Below, in pieces: positions 7,379 through 17,557 of a stretch of 39,777 nt of DNA (the stretch's first letter is position 1; each line of letters opens with the position of its first letter). Source of the stretch: a bacterium (GTDB lineage: Bacteria > CG03); contig JBDRMV010000059.1 in assembly GCA_043811795.1 (NCBI GenBank), positions 1 to 39,777 on the forward strand, in the 5' to 3' direction. The notes under the pieces were generated by a model. That model was not told where the DNA came from, searched no databases, and saw nothing but the letters and a program-made list of their open reading frames with translations. The position numbers were made by a program, and so were the translations under genes.

Positions 7379-8557
7379 TTATTCTTCTTCCCTCAATTTT
7401 TCTTTGATTTTTTCTACCTTTTGCCTGAATGATTTCTGCTCGGGGTCTAATTCCAAAAATTTCTCCCATTCGATAATTGCTTCCCTGTATTTCCCCTGTT
7501 TGTAAAAATCCGTTCCTCTGCTGAGATACTCCTGCATCATCGCTTTCTTTTCTTCGGGGCTTAAAGTTTTCTCTTTCCTGAAAAGTTCCTGATAAAGTTT
7601 TTCTATTTCAGGGTCAAGAACTACTTCTCCTGCCGGTTTTTTAGATTTTCGTTTTTTCAGTCCGGATTTAACGGACATGGAAAACTGATGGGTCTGACCC
7701 AAATCACCGTACGGGACAAAAGCATAGTCAAAACCAAACCGGGAATATTTTATTCCAAAGCCCGCCGACATTCCCGCCAACCCTCCGAGACCCGATTTTT
7801 CCGTGAATTTATAGCCCGCTCTGAAATCCAGCATCTTTCCTGTTTTAAATTCTCCGCCAATTTTAAGATGAATGTTTTTTTCGATGTCGCCCACAGCATC
7901 AATATTCAGAAGCATATTACCGTTTAGCAGCCGTCTGCTGATTCCTGCGCGGACTAAAAGAGGCAGTTTTTCTTTCTTCTCGATATACTTAACGCCCGGA
8001 CCAAGATTCTGAACCGCAAACCCGGCATCCGTTTTTCCGCCGATTCCGTAAATAGCCCCGAAGTCAACGGCCGGCGTTTTGGCTTTAGTATCTTCAATCT
8101 CTTCCTGAATGTATTTTATCGCCGCCCCGTAAAACGCTTTATTTATCCGCCAGGAAAATATCCCCGTTAACAAAAAATCAGATGCTTTGAAATCATCTAT
8201 CTTCTGGTCAAAATCCTCTCTTCCCTCCATGGTTCCGGCATTCAGGGAAAGAATTCCCAGCCCGAATGACTTTCCTCCTTCCAGAGGCAAAACCGAATTT
8301 AAACTATTTATCGTTATCCCTTCCACCCATGAATTATGAGAAAAACTTGCCTGAATATTATTCAAACCGGCGAGACCCGCGGGATTATATCTGAGGATAT
8401 TGGCATCATCGCTTATTGCTGAAAAGGCGCCCGCCATAGACGAAGAGCGCGCATCAATGCCGATTTTGAGAAATGCAAGCGAACTTGTTCCCGCATCGGA
8501 AAACCCCGGCGGCGCCGTTATAAGCATAACAACAAAAATAAAAGCGGCTTTCCTCAT
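7379..8557 (-). CDS. PorV-like (FadL-type) outer-membrane barrel fused to a C-terminal TPR-like helical tail
   Basis: Signal peptide, then [36 protein letters not shown]. This closely follows the PorV/PorQ N-terminal signature (..PDARs.gMGd.g.A...DAns...NPA..a.). A beta-rich body runs to ~aa 305 (..[22 protein letters not shown]), followed by a basic linker and [26 protein letters not shown] (TPR). The start overlaps the stop of the giant gene (ATGA at 8557-8554). Confidence 0.7.
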   Translation of the reverse strand: MRKAAFIFVVMLITAPPGFSDAGTSSLAFLKIGIDARSSSMAGAFSAISDDANILRYNPAGLAGLNNIQASFSHNSWVEGITINSLNSVLPLEGGKSFGLGILSLNAGTMEGREDFDQKIDDFKASDFLLTGIFSWRINKAFYGAAIKYIQEEIEDTKAKTPAVDFGAIYGIGGKTDAGFAVQNLGPGVKYIEKKEKLPLLVRAGISRRLLNGNMLLNIDAVGDIEKNIHLKIGGEFKTGKMLDFRAGYKFTEKSGLGGLAGMSAGFGIKYSRFGFDYAFVPYGDLGQTHQFSMSVKSGLKKRKSKKPAGEVVLDPEIEKLYQELFRKEKTLSPEEKKAMMQEYLSRGTDFYKQGKYREAIIEWEKFLELDPEQKSFRQKVEKIKEKLREEE

Positions 8558-11500
8558 CTTAAAATTGCCAGTTTCCCCGACTTTTTAGACCGGCCGTCGT
8601 CAATCAAATAAATATATACGCCGCTGGCAACATCCTTCTCGCTATTGGTTTTTACATTCCACGCCCATTCCCCGGAAGAATCTGTTGTTACTTCCCGGTT
8701 AAAAACCGTTTCCATAGCAAGATTAAATATTTTTATTCTTACTTTTCTGTTTTGAGGCAGGCGGGTGAACCAGATGTATTGATGACCTTTTGACGGCTTA
8801 AACGGATTCGGATAAACTCTTGCCGTACTCAGATCTTCAATCTGAGTGAACTGCAGAATTTGAAAAATACTGAAATGCTCCGTGCTGAAACCAATTTCCT
8901 TATTTACTTTTTGACAGGGCAGAAGAGTATAGCGCTCAAGCGATTCATCATAGTGACCGAGGCAAAAGGTTGTTTCGTTAAAACCTGAAATGTTTACGTT
9001 GTCATAGTTAATCGTAATATCAACCGGTTTGGTCGGCTGAAGACCTTCATTAACGGTTATTTCGCAGCCAATGGTTGTTCCGCCGAGCAAAGGCCTCCTG
9101 ACCGCGGGGAAGGATGGTTTTGTTATTTTCAAGACAACATCCTGAACAAAAGTTCCCGTAGAAATTTCCAGCCGGATTATTTCCTGTGAAGTATCGAAAA
9201 TCACAAGATTGGATTTATCTCCGGAAATATAATAGACCCCTGTCCGCGCCCATGCGGTTGCGCCGTTGGAAATGTCCGACCACAAAGGAACTTCATCGCA
9301 GGACCACATCCGGAAATAATATGTAGCGGCGGGCGTAAGCCCGCTTATAGTTTGACAAAAAGAAGTTAGCGGAGGACAATTTTCGGTTGATAGTGGAATT
9401 TCGTAATTTGCATAGTCCCATGTTTTAAGAGAAGTGCTGTAATCAATCCGGAATTTTCCCGTCAGGTTACCTTTTAATTCATCCGTTCCCGGCGACGTCC
9501 AGAATAATTTAATTTCACCCGAATAGTCGCCCGGGACAGCTGCGAGGTCAGTAACGGCTGCCGGAGCAGTGTTTTCACGAATGGTCTTTGTCGAGCCGAA
9601 TGTTTTATATTCCGTGGTTATTCCGTTTCCGTTATATGCCCACACGCGAAACCAGTAAGTTGTATCCTGAGAAAGATTTGTAATAGCGGTTGCGGTAGAT
9701 GTGAAATTATCACTTATGTCAATAAATGTGGAAAAATTGAGGACAAAATTATCCGTTGAGCCGGACAATCCGTATTTTGTCCACTCTGGATTTGAATTTA
9801 ACTGCCAGGAAAGAAAAATTGTATTGCTGGAAACAGAAATAAAAGCGGGATTATCAGGAGGATTTGCCAGCGTATAGACGGTAACTGCCGAACTTGCTGT
9901 GCTTCCGTTCGTGTTATGCGATTCTGCGTAACGGTAATAAGATGTATTCCTCGTCAAATCTGATTCCTTCCAGTATGTGGTATCAGCCGGCAGGTCTGCC
10001 ACAATGCCTCCGGTGTCATTTTTAATATAATAACCGTCTTCGTTAACAGCGGTATCCTGCCATCCCCATGTTATACTCGCAGTGGTGAGATTTATCGCGC
10101 CAAACCCCGTCGGCGAATCCGGGCCGATACCGTATGCAACGGCATAATTGTTTTGATTGGCGCCGGTCCTTGACCACGATGACCACAGCGGAAACTCATC
10201 ACCTGCTTTGACGGCGAAATAATAGGTTACCCCGGGCATTAAACCTGTAACCGTAAATGACTCTTCTGTTCCCGCATCAGCCGGCTGCGGAACCGGAGAA
10301 CGGGAAAAAACAGAAAAGTTCTGCGCGGCATCATAATCGGTTTCATCGGCTATATTACTTGTTGACGAACATTTTATTTCATATTCACTTGCCGTTCCTG
10401 TTGTCCCGTCGTCGCCCGGAGCGGTCCAGATTAAATTAATTTCACCGTCATTAGAGCCCGTCAGAGCCGTTAAATCGCTGATTGCGGAAGGAGCAATTCC
10501 GTCGGGCGGGGGTTTGTACGCAAATGCCCGCGCCTGCGTCGTTGAGGAAAGAGCCATGGTATCAATATCCGATTCGTTGCCGGAAGAATCGTACGCCTTC
10601 ACCGCAAAGTAATAAGTATCTCCTGCGGTCAGCCCGTCCACTGTTTTGTTTTCCGGCTGCCCGACGCCTTTAACTTCCGTGAATGTCTTCTGGTTGGATG
10701 AATTTTCGTTCCACCACGTTGTTGCATCATTTGAAAAATCGCTTATGGAATAAGTTGCAAATCTTACCGCGTAATAACCGCCCGCGTTGTTTCCCGTTGT
10801 CCCGTCGTCGCCGACAGCCGTCCAGGTCAGGTTTACACAGCCGTATTCTGTCCCGGCCAAAGCCGACAAATCGTTGATTGCCGCCGGCGCGGTCGAATCA
10901 AAAATGGTATAAACGGAATTCTGTCTTCCAGGTGTCCCGTAAAGTTTGGTTCCCTCCGAGTCCGTTTCGGGGCCGCGGGTGGCGCAGACAGCCCAGTTGA
11001 CCGAAGTCGTCCCGTCGTATTTCGGGTCTTTTCTTTCCATGCTGTATCCGGCGGCAACGGTGACAAACCACGACCCGTCATTGTTGTCAACCTCGTCAAT
11101 CTTATTTCCGGTTCCGTTCGGGCCGTCATACAGGATAATGATGTCGCTTGTTGGATTCAGGTTAATCGTGTCATCCCGGATATCCACGATGTTTCCGGTT
11201 GAACTCTTAACGTCGTCTTCGTGGTTGGCATAAATCAAATAACTGCCGCTTGAAATGACCGTTGTTCCCCCGTCCTTATCGCTGAAATTAAGCCACGCCC
11301 CCGCATTCGCGCCGTATATGGACCAGCCGGATATGTCAATGGCGGACTCCGTGGTGTTATAAAGTTCAATCCACTCGTCGCCGATGTTGGCGGCTGTTCC
11401 CATGTAAGCAATCTCGTTTATCACGACGGTTCTCGGAAGACCCGGCGGCAGACCTGCGGTCGAGGCAGGGGCTCTCGCCTGCGTCGCGCTTGAATAGGCG

Positions 11501-14500
11501 TTATTGTCAACCGGCGATTGGTTGTCATTAGAATCGTATGCCCTTATCGCAAAATAATAAGTCGTTCCGACGCTCAGACCTGTTATCGCTGCCGTTTCTT
11601 TTCCTCCCGGGCCTGCAGACACTGAAATTTCTTTTTCGCCGCTTACCCCTGACTGCCACCACGCCGTTGCATTGTCCGCAAAATCGCCCACGGAATAAGT
11701 TGCGAACCTCACCGTGTAATAACCTCCCGTGTTGTCTCCGGCGCTGCCGTCGTCCCCCGGCGCGGTCCATGATAAAGTAATTTCGCCATTGTAAGGACCC
11801 GTTAGAGCCGTCAAATCACTGATTGCAGAGGGTGGGGTTACTTCATCAATCACCATGGTTACATCGTCTACAAAGAAATCAACTATATCAAAACCCACAT
11901 TACTGCAGTTGAAACGAAAACGGAAATCCTGATGAAATGCCTGAGAAGGGAGAACAATTATGGTAGAAATATATACCGAGTCAGAAGCATCATTTCCTTC
12001 AATGTTCCATAGTTCAATCCAGCCCGAAGGAAGTTCAACCTCTAAACGCAGGAACATCCCTGGCCAGGGTGGGTATCCATTTCCTCCCCTCTGCCAGTAA
12101 AAACTTATGCGTCCCGCGACATATCCTGAAAGGTCTGTCCTCTGCAAAGTGAGTTCATCTCCTTCGCCGTCTAAATTGAGCGAATATGTCCCGCTTTGTT
12201 CACTCGCTCCGTCTGTATTTACGGCAGGATTGCCGGAGGTGACTTCCCATTTTGAAAGGTCAATTGTTCCTGAGTCCCAGTTTTCAGACAGGGTTGGCGG
12301 CCTTCGCGGTCTGGCATAACCGGTTGCGCCGTTGGAAATTTCCGACAGGTTATTTGCATTATCCATGGTCTTCATCCAGAAGTAGTAGGTTGTGCCCGGC
12401 TCAAGTGCGGTAATTGTTTTTGATTCAATATTTTCAGGAGAAGTGTTTGTGCTCCACAGGATTGAATATGAACTTTCCCACCCGTCAGAGGAATTTGTTG
12501 AATATTTTAATTGATATGCGCCTCCTACAATATCTCCGCTTGTTTCGTCATCCCCGGGCGCCGTCCATGTTAAATCAACCGAACCTACAGAAACTCCAGG
12601 TGCGCCCGCTAAATTAGTTACTGCTGCCGGTGTGGTTGTGTCGGTTGTTCCTGTGAAATTCCGGGCGGATTGATTGGTTGCAAGCAATGAGTATGTATAA
12701 CTTGACGGCGTAAAATCCCAGCCGCTGCTGCTTACAATAACGCCGTAAGCGCCCATAGACAGTTGCGTAAATTCATAATTTCCTGCCCCGCTTATGGTGT
12801 ATACATCTGAGTTTGTGCCGCTTAAATAAACTTCAGCGCCGGTAATTCCGTTTCCCCCTCCATCCTTCACAGACCCGCTGATAGAATAAGTTACGGTACT
12901 TAACACTACATCATCAACAAAGAAGTCATCAAAGTTTGCTCCGGAACCATTGCTCCTGAACCTTAACTGAAAATCCTGATGGAACGCTGTTGTAGATAAA
13001 GCAATTGTCGTAGATGTAAAGACCGAATCGTTGCTGCTGTTACCGGCTATACTGAATACCTCCTGCCAGCCGGTTGTTAGATAAACCTCTAATTTTAGAT
13101 AATCACTAGAGTCCGGCGATTCCCCGTTTCCTCCTCTCTGCCAGTAAAACATTACATAACCAGTTGTATGTCCCGACAAATCTGTCCTCTGCAGGGTAAT
13201 TTCATCTCCTTCCCCGTCTAAATTGAGCGAATATATTCCGCTGGGTTCACTCACCCCCGCTGTATTTATTGAAGGGTTACCGGAAGTAACAATCCATTTT
13301 GAAGAGTCAATTGTCCCTGAGTCCCAATTTTCTGATATAGGCGGATTTAATTGCGGTTTGGCATAACTCGTTGCCCCGTTTGAAATTTCTGACCAGTGTT
13401 CAGTGTCGTCTCTTGTCTTTATCCAGAAGTAATAGGTTCCTCCCGGCTCAAGCGGGGTTACAGTTCTTGATTCAATATTTCCGGGGGAGGTATCCGTGCT
13501 CCACAACACTGAATACGAACTTTCCCACCCATCGGCGGGAGATGTCGAATATTTTAATTGATATGCGCCGCCTGCAATATCTCCGCTTGTCCCGTCATCT
13601 CCGGGCGCCGTCCATGTTAAATTCATTGAACCTACGGAAACTCCCGGTTCGCCGGCTAAATCAGTCACTGCGTCCGGCTCGGCTACATCGGGCAAGACAT
13701 AAAAAGTTGCGCCGTTGGAAATATCTGACCACAAATCATCGTAGGTCTTTAGCCAGAAATAATAAGTGTTGTTTCCTGCCAATCCGCCGATAATTTTATT
13801 TTCAATCGATCCCGGAACAGTATCTGTTGACCACTGAACATAATTCAAACTTGACCATCCATCGCCGGAATTGGTTGAATATTTTATGCAGTATTGCCCA
13901 TTAGTGATATTCCCCGTTGTTCCATTGTCACCGGCAGCAGTCCAGACAAGTTTAACATCACTGTTTCCTTCCCCGGATAAGGCTGTTAAATCCGTGACCG
14001 ATGCAGGCGGTGTTGAATCCGCTTCAAATATCCATAAGCCGGAATTATAATCGGCAACACAAGCGTAATTTCCTGAAACAGAAATGCCGTAAGCATAACC
14101 CGGGGTATCATAATAACCGACCTCCGACGGAGATGCAGGATTTGAAATATCAATTATCCTTAAACCATAACCACTATCGGCAACATAAGCGTAATTCCCT
14201 GAAACGGAAACACCATAAGCATAACCCGGGGTATTATAAAAACCAACCTCTGACGGCGCGGCAGGATTTGAAATATCAATTATCCTCAAACCGAAATGAT
14301 AATCAGCAACATAAGCGTAAACCCCTGAAACAAAAACACCACGAGCATAACCCGAAGTATCATAATAACCAACCTCCGACGGTGAGGCCGGATTTGAAAT
14401 ATCAATTATCCTCAAACCGGAATCCCAATCAGCGACATAAGCGTATCCCTCTGAAACATAAATACCATAAGCAGAACCCGGGGTATCATAAAAACCAACC

Positions 14501-15861
14501 TCTGACGGCGAAGACGGATTTAATACATTTATTATCCTCAAACCGGAATCTCTATCAGCAACGTAAGCGTAAGTCCCTGAAACAAAAACACCATAAGCAT
14601 AACCCGGAGTATCATAAAAACCTGTCTCCGACGGCGAGGCAGGATTTAAAATATCAATTATCCTTAAACCGGAATTACTGCCGGCAACATAAGCGTAATT
14701 CCCTGAAATATAAACACCATAAGCAGAACCCGGGTCATAATAACTGGTCTCCGACGGTGAGGACGGATTTGAGATATCAATTATCCCTAAACCACAACTG
14801 CCATCGGCAACATAAGCGTAATTCCCCGAAACAGAAACACCGTAAGCGTAACCCGGGGTATCATAATAACCTGTTTCTGTTGGTGAGGCAGGAGTAGTTA
14901 TGTTTATTATCCTTAAACCGGACCTGTAATCGGCAACATAAGCGTACCCCCCTGAAACATAAACGCCGTAAGCAGAACCTGAAGTATTGTAATAACCTGT
15001 CTGCGACGGCGAGGCCGGAGTTGAAATATTTATTATTCTTAAACCGGAACCACTATCAGCAACATAAGCGTACCCCCCTGAAACATAAACACCATAAGCA
15101 TAACCCGGAGTATTATAATAACCTGTCTCTGACGGCGATGCCGGAGTTGAAATATCAATTATCCTCAAACCGGAATCATAATCGGCAACATAAGCGTACC
15201 CCCCTGAAACATAAACCCCGCGAGCAGAACCCTGTGTTTCATAATAACCTGTCTCTGACGGCGAGGCAGGAGTTGAAATATCAATTACCCTTAAACCGGA
15301 ACTCGTATCGACAACGTAAGCGTAATCCCCTGAAACATAAACACCGCGGGCATAATCCGGAGTATCATAAAAACCTATCTCCGACGGCGCCGCCGGATTT
15401 GAAATATCAATTATCCTTAAACCGGAACTTCCGTCAGCAACAAAAGCGTATCCCCCTGAAACATAAACACCGCAAGCAGAACCCGGAGTATCATAATAAC
15501 CTGTTTCCGACGGCGAGGACGGATTTGAAATATCAATTATCCTTAAACCGGAACCGCTATCAGCAACGTAAGCGTAATCCCCTGAAACATAAACACCATA
15601 AGCAGTGCCTGGAGTATCATAATAAGAGACCTCTTGAGGATTTGCCGGGTCCGAAATATCAACAATTGACAGCAGCCCTTCTGCGGCGACATAAGCGTAA
15701 TTCCCGCTGACAGAAACATCCCGGGGTAAGCCGCCGGCAAGTTTCCCGATTAAGTTTACATTCTGTGAGTCAGCCCGAACAAAACTACAATCAAAACTGA
15801 AAATCAAAAACAGCGTAAGAAAAAAACTTTTAATTTTCACATGTAAATAACATATTCCCAC
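8554..15861 (-). CDS. giant secreted cell-surface protein: 14 LVIVD-type beta-propeller repeats, multiple Fn3-like modules, two ConA/MAM-like modules, a CarboxypepD_reg-like domain, a lamin-tail-like domain and a C-terminal FlgD-Ig/T9SS-type sorting-like domain
   Basis: Uninterrupted 2435-codon ORF. Repeats: [32 protein letters not shown] x14. Fn3-like modules carry [10 protein letters not shown]...G.Y. Lamin-tail-like segment: [10 protein letters not shown]...DEWIELYN...ISGWSI. C-terminus: VYPNPFKP...IKIFNL....SGVYIYLI. The ORF-track start is GTG 15861. GTG 15840 gives a cleaner signal peptide ([25 protein letters not shown]). Confidence 0.9.
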   Translation of the reverse strand: MGICYLHVKIKSFFLTLFLIFSFDCSFVRADSQNVNLIGKLAGGLPRDVSVSGNYAYVAAEGLLSIVDISDPANPQEVSYYDTPGTAYGVYVSGDYAYVADSGSGLRIIDISNPSSPSETGYYDTPGSACGVYVSGGYAFVADGSSGLRIIDISNPAAPSEIGFYDTPDYARGVYVSGDYAYVVDTSSGLRVIDISTPASPSETGYYETQGSARGVYVSGGYAYVADYDSGLRIIDISTPASPSETGYYNTPGYAYGVYVSGGYAYVADSGSGLRIINISTPASPSQTGYYNTSGSAYGVYVSGGYAYVADYRSGLRIINITTPASPTETGYYDTPGYAYGVSVSGNYAYVADGSCGLGIIDISNPSSPSETSYYDPGSAYGVYISGNYAYVAGSNSGLRIIDILNPASPSETGFYDTPGYAYGVFVSGTYAYVADRDSGLRIINVLNPSSPSEVGFYDTPGSAYGIYVSEGYAYVADWDSGLRIIDISNPASPSEVGYYDTSGYARGVFVSGVYAYVADYHFGLRIIDISNPAAPSEVGFYNTPGYAYGVSVSGNYAYVADSGYGLRIIDISNPASPSEVGYYDTPGYAYGISVSGNYACVADYNSGLWIFEADSTPPASVTDLTALSGEGNSDVKLVWTAAGDNGTTGNITNGQYCIKYSTNSGDGWSSLNYVQWSTDTVPGSIENKIIGGLAGNNTYYFWLKTYDDLWSDISNGATFYVLPDVAEPDAVTDLAGEPGVSVGSMNLTWTAPGDDGTSGDIAGGAYQLKYSTSPADGWESSYSVLWSTDTSPGNIESRTVTPLEPGGTYYFWIKTRDDTEHWSEISNGATSYAKPQLNPPISENWDSGTIDSSKWIVTSGNPSINTAGVSEPSGIYSLNLDGEGDEITLQRTDLSGHTTGYVMFYWQRGGNGESPDSSDYLKLEVYLTTGWQEVFSIAGNSSNDSVFTSTTIALSTTAFHQDFQLRFRSNGSGANFDDFFVDDVVLSTVTYSISGSVKDGGGNGITGAEVYLSGTNSDVYTISGAGNYEFTQLSMGAYGVIVSSSGWDFTPSSYTYSLLATNQSARNFTGTTDTTTPAAVTNLAGAPGVSVGSVDLTWTAPGDDETSGDIVGGAYQLKYSTNSSDGWESSYSILWSTNTSPENIESKTITALEPGTTYYFWMKTMDNANNLSEISNGATGYARPRRPPTLSENWDSGTIDLSKWEVTSGNPAVNTDGASEQSGTYSLNLDGEGDELTLQRTDLSGYVAGRISFYWQRGGNGYPPWPGMFLRLEVELPSGWIELWNIEGNDASDSVYISTIIVLPSQAFHQDFRFRFNCSNVGFDIVDFFVDDVTMVIDEVTPPSAISDLTALTGPYNGEITLSWTAPGDDGSAGDNTGGYYTVRFATYSVGDFADNATAWWQSGVSGEKEISVSAGPGGKETAAITGLSVGTTYYFAIRAYDSNDNQSPVDNNAYSSATQARAPASTAGLPPGLPRTVVINEIAYMGTAANIGDEWIELYNTTESAIDISGWSIYGANAGAWLNFSDKDGGTTVISSGSYLIYANHEDDVKSSTGNIVDIRDDTINLNPTSDIIILYDGPNGTGNKIDEVDNNDGSWFVTVAAGYSMERKDPKYDGTTSVNWAVCATRGPETDSEGTKLYGTPGRQNSVYTIFDSTAPAAINDLSALAGTEYGCVNLTWTAVGDDGTTGNNAGGYYAVRFATYSISDFSNDATTWWNENSSNQKTFTEVKGVGQPENKTVDGLTAGDTYYFAVKAYDSSGNESDIDTMALSSTTQARAFAYKPPPDGIAPSAISDLTALTGSNDGEINLIWTAPGDDGTTGTASEYEIKCSSTSNIADETDYDAAQNFSVFSRSPVPQPADAGTEESFTVTGLMPGVTYYFAVKAGDEFPLWSSWSRTGANQNNYAVAYGIGPDSPTGFGAINLTTASITWGWQDTAVNEDGYYIKNDTGGIVADLPADTTYWKESDLTRNTSYYRYAESHNTNGSTASSAVTVYTLANPPDNPAFISVSSNTIFLSWQLNSNPEWTKYGLSGSTDNFVLNFSTFIDISDNFTSTATAITNLSQDTTYWFRVWAYNGNGITTEYKTFGSTKTIRENTAPAAVTDLAAVPGDYSGEIKLFWTSPGTDELKGNLTGKFRIDYSTSLKTWDYANYEIPLSTENCPPLTSFCQTISGLTPAATYYFRMWSCDEVPLWSDISNGATAWARTGVYYISGDKSNLVIFDTSQEIIRLEISTGTFVQDVVLKITKPSFPAVRRPLLGGTTIGCEITVNEGLQPTKPVDITINYDNVNISGFNETTFCLGHYDESLERYTLLPCQKVNKEIGFSTEHFSIFQILQFTQIEDLSTARVYPNPFKPSKGHQYIWFTRLPQNRKVRIKIFNLAMETVFNREVTTDSSGEWAWNVKTNSEKDVASGVYIYLIDDGRSKKSGKLAILR
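8557..8823 (-). other. C-terminal sorting-like domain (FlgD-Ig / T9SS type-A CTD pattern) of the giant protein
   Basis: [89 protein letters not shown]. It shows the YPNPF.P start, an (I/V)-x-I-(F/Y) strand, the W(D/N)..n motif and SGVY(I/F)Y. Confidence 0.6.
11850..13700 (-). repeat. internal duplication of a ~290-aa Fn3 + ConA/MAM-like module (copies ~12900-13700 and ~11850-12650; offset 1047 nt)
   Basis: Copy 1: [43 protein letters not shown]...[20 protein letters not shown]...[12 protein letters not shown]. Copy 2: [43 protein letters not shown]...[20 protein letters not shown]...[11 protein letters not shown]. The antisense artefact ORFs 13371-13793 and 12414-12617 are also mutually similar. 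Confidence 0.85.
14017..15729 (-). repeat. 14 tandem ~132-bp (44-codon) coding repeats (LVIVD-type blades)
   Basis: On the plus strand, strings such as ggatttgaaatatcaattatcct(t/c)aaaccgg and caacataagcgta recur with a ~132-nt period across ~1.7 kb. The translation gives 14 units of 44 aa (one unit is 43 aa). Confidence 0.9.
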
Positions 15862-15874
15862 ATTCCTTTTAATT

Positions 15875-15910
15875 CCCTCTCCCCTTGCGGGAGAGGGTCG
15901 GGGTGAGGGG
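15875..15910. repeat. GC-rich REP-like hairpin element between nth and the giant gene
   Basis: CCCTCTCCC (15875-15883) cttgc GGGAGAGGG (15889-15897), followed by TCGGGGTGAGGGG. Only 60 nt separate the nth stop from the giant-gene start. Confidence 0.7.
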
Positions 15911-15921
15911 TGCGTAAATTT

Positions 15922-16596
15922 TCATCCCTTTTTGCGGTCGCCAGAGGCGAACATGTTTGTTTCATTTCTCGTTAACTTTTTGGGGCAGAGGTTGTTCAGG
16001 AAGCAGGTTTCGCAGGCGGGGTTTTTAGCTTTGCAGCTCTTCCGCCCGTGCTCTATGAGAAGATGAGAAATTCTCCCCCATGAATTTTTCGGGAAGATTT
16101 TCATCAGGTCACTTTCAATCTTTCCGGCGTTTTTTTCCTTCGTAAAGCCGAGCCGCTGAGCGAGCCGACCGACGTGCGTGTCGACGGTAATTCCGTAAAT
16201 TTTTCCGAAAGCGTTATAAGTGACGACGTTTGCCGTCTTTCTCGCGACGCCTGGAAGTTTTAAAAGGTCATCCATCGTGCCGGGAACTTTACCTTTAAAT
16301 TCTTTAATGAGCATTTTTGCGCTGCTTATTATATTTTTTGTCTTGTTTTTATAGAAGCCCGTTGAATGAATGTCTTTTTCAAAATTTTCCTGTTTCGCGT
16401 TTGCGAAACTTTTGACGCCCGGATATTTTTTGAAAAGTTTTTCCGTAACGATGTTCACTCTTTTATCGGTGCACTGCGCCGAAAGAATTGTCGCGACGAG
16501 AAGTTCCCACGGGTTCGCAAATTTCAGGGCGGTTTTTGCGGCGGGGTAATTGTCTTCAAGGAGTTTCAGAATTTTTTCCGTTCTTTTATTCTGCAT
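15922..16596 (-). CDS. nth: endonuclease III (DNA glycosylase/AP lyase)
   Basis: HhH-GPD: LLKLPGVARKTANVV..VDTHV. 4Fe-4S loop C-X6-C-X2-C-X5-C: CKAKNPACETCFLNNLC. GGAG sits 10 nt upstream of the ATG. Confidence 0.92.
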   Translation of the reverse strand: MQNKRTEKILKLLEDNYPAAKTALKFANPWELLVATILSAQCTDKRVNIVTEKLFKKYPGVKSFANAKQENFEKDIHSTGFYKNKTKNIISSAKMLIKEFKGKVPGTMDDLLKLPGVARKTANVVTYNAFGKIYGITVDTHVGRLAQRLGFTKEKNAGKIESDLMKIFPKNSWGRISHLLIEHGRKSCKAKNPACETCFLNNLCPKKLTRNETNMFASGDRKKG

Positions 16597-16610
16597 TATT
16601 CATATTCTCC

Positions 16611-16674
16611 GGGGAAAAATAGGGTCACCTCTATTTTTTCTTGTTGTTAAAGAGGAAAAAAATAGAAGTGACCC
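16611..16674. repeat. two inverted copies of the same GGGTCA-NN-TCTATTTTT unit (18-bp hairpin) in the nth/tmk divergent region
   Basis: GGGTCACCTCTATTTTTT (16622-16639) and AAAAAATAGAAGTGACCC (16657-16674) are reverse complements with one mismatch. An extra AAAAATAG lies just 5' of them. Confidence 0.85.
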
Positions 16675-16798
16675 ATTTTTCTCTAATAACACTTTCATCA
16701 AAAATACCCTCATTATGAATAATGCAGGTTTATCCACATTTTATTATACAAAAATTACGTGCAAAATGGAGTGTCAAGCGAGAGCTTGACCGGAGAAG

Positions 16799-16870
16799 GC
16801 AAAACTTCCTCTCATGGCGTCCCGGCGTTTTGCACTCCTGAAGAAAGCAAAACTTTCGTTTTGCACTCCT
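16799..16870 (+). promoter_or_regulatory. tandem CGTTTTGCACTCCT motifs, each preceded by a complementary GCAAAAC (operator pair or alternative hairpins)
   Basis: GCAAAAC at 16799-16805 and 16847-16853. CGTTTTGCACTCCT at 16826-16839 and 16857-16870, with 31-nt spacing. Confidence 0.4.
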
Positions 16871-16882
16871 TATCCCCGTTCT

Positions 16883-16910
16883 TTGTTTTTCCCTGTTTTT
16901 TTGCTATAAA
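16883..16910 (+). promoter_or_regulatory. candidate extended -10 promoter upstream of tmk
   Basis: TTGTTT (16883-16888), 16-nt spacer, TGcTATAAA (16902-16910). The tmk ATG is at 16922. Confidence 0.35.
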
Positions 16911-16921
16911 TTCACATAAAG

Positions 16922-17557
16922 ATGAAACGGGGTTTGTTTATTACTTTTGAGGGTTCCGACGGCTGCGGCAAGTCAACGCAGGCGAAACTCCTTGCCGGGG
17001 CGCTGCGGAAGAAGGGTTACGACATCGTCAGGACGAGAGAGCCGGGCGGCTCTCTTTTTTCGGAGTATCTGAGAAAAATTATTCTGAATCCCAAATACAG
17101 GGTGAATCCGGTTGCGGAACTTTTTCTGTATGAGGCGTCCCGCGCCGGCCACACGGCGGAGGTTATTGTTCCCGCTCTCGGAAAAAACCGGATTGTAATC
17201 TGCGAGAGGTATTCGGACGCGACGGTCGCATACCAGGGCTACGGCCGGGGTCTGAATATGAAGGACTTGATGTTTGTGGACGGCGTGGCGACCGGCGGCA
17301 GCAAACCCGATGTGACGATTTTTATGAAACTTCCGGCGGGAAAATCCCTCGGGAGAATAAAAAGAAAGAAGGACCGTCTGGAACTGGAGAAGGACTCCTT
17401 CCACAGAAGAGTCGCGCGCGGCTACAGGGAGATATGCGCAAAGAACAGGGAAAGAATTCATGTCGTCAGAGCCGACGGGAGCGTCATTAAAGTTCACAGA
17501 AGGATACTCGGCATAATTGAGAAATGTTTGAAAAAACTAAAATTCCGGAAAACATAA
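16922..17557 (+). CDS. tmk: thymidylate kinase
   Basis: FITFEGSDGCGKSTQ P-loop, TREPGG, CERYSDATVAYQG; 211 aa. Confidence 0.92.
   Translation: MKRGLFITFEGSDGCGKSTQAKLLAGALRKKGYDIVRTREPGGSLFSEYLRKIILNPKYRVNPVAELFLYEASRAGHTAEVIVPALGKNRIVICERYSDATVAYQGYGRGLNMKDLMFVDGVATGGSKPDVTIFMKLPAGKSLGRIKRKKDRLELEKDSFHRRVARGYREICAKNRERIHVVRADGSVIKVHRRILGIIEKCLKKLKFRKT

Noticed and set aside
12414-13793. Plus-strand ORFs 12414-12617 and 13371-13793, which are similar to each other
   Set aside because: They are antisense shadows of the duplicated Fn3 module in the giant gene. Their mutual similarity only reflects that duplication.
14001-15710. Long plus-strand ORFs (298 aa and 229 aa) with a striking repeated HKHNPGYH / [10 protein letters not shown] pattern
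   Set aside because: They are antisense translations of the 132-bp LVIVD repeat array. The minus-strand frame is one continuous 2435-codon ORF with recognisable domains, whereas the plus-strand products are low-complexity and have no start context.
14017-15729. Regularly spaced repeats that could superficially suggest a CRISPR array
   Set aside because: The period is 132 nt with no unique spacers. The whole unit is repeated, it stays in frame, and it encodes beta-propeller blades. No cas genes or leader sequence are present.
16550-16950. Small ORFs 16550-16789 and 16759-16950 in the nth/tmk intergenic region
   Set aside because: They have no Shine-Dalgarno sequence, use non-ATG or weak starts, run through hairpin repeats and T-rich promoter DNA, and overlap the tmk start. 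I treated the region as regulatory DNA instead.
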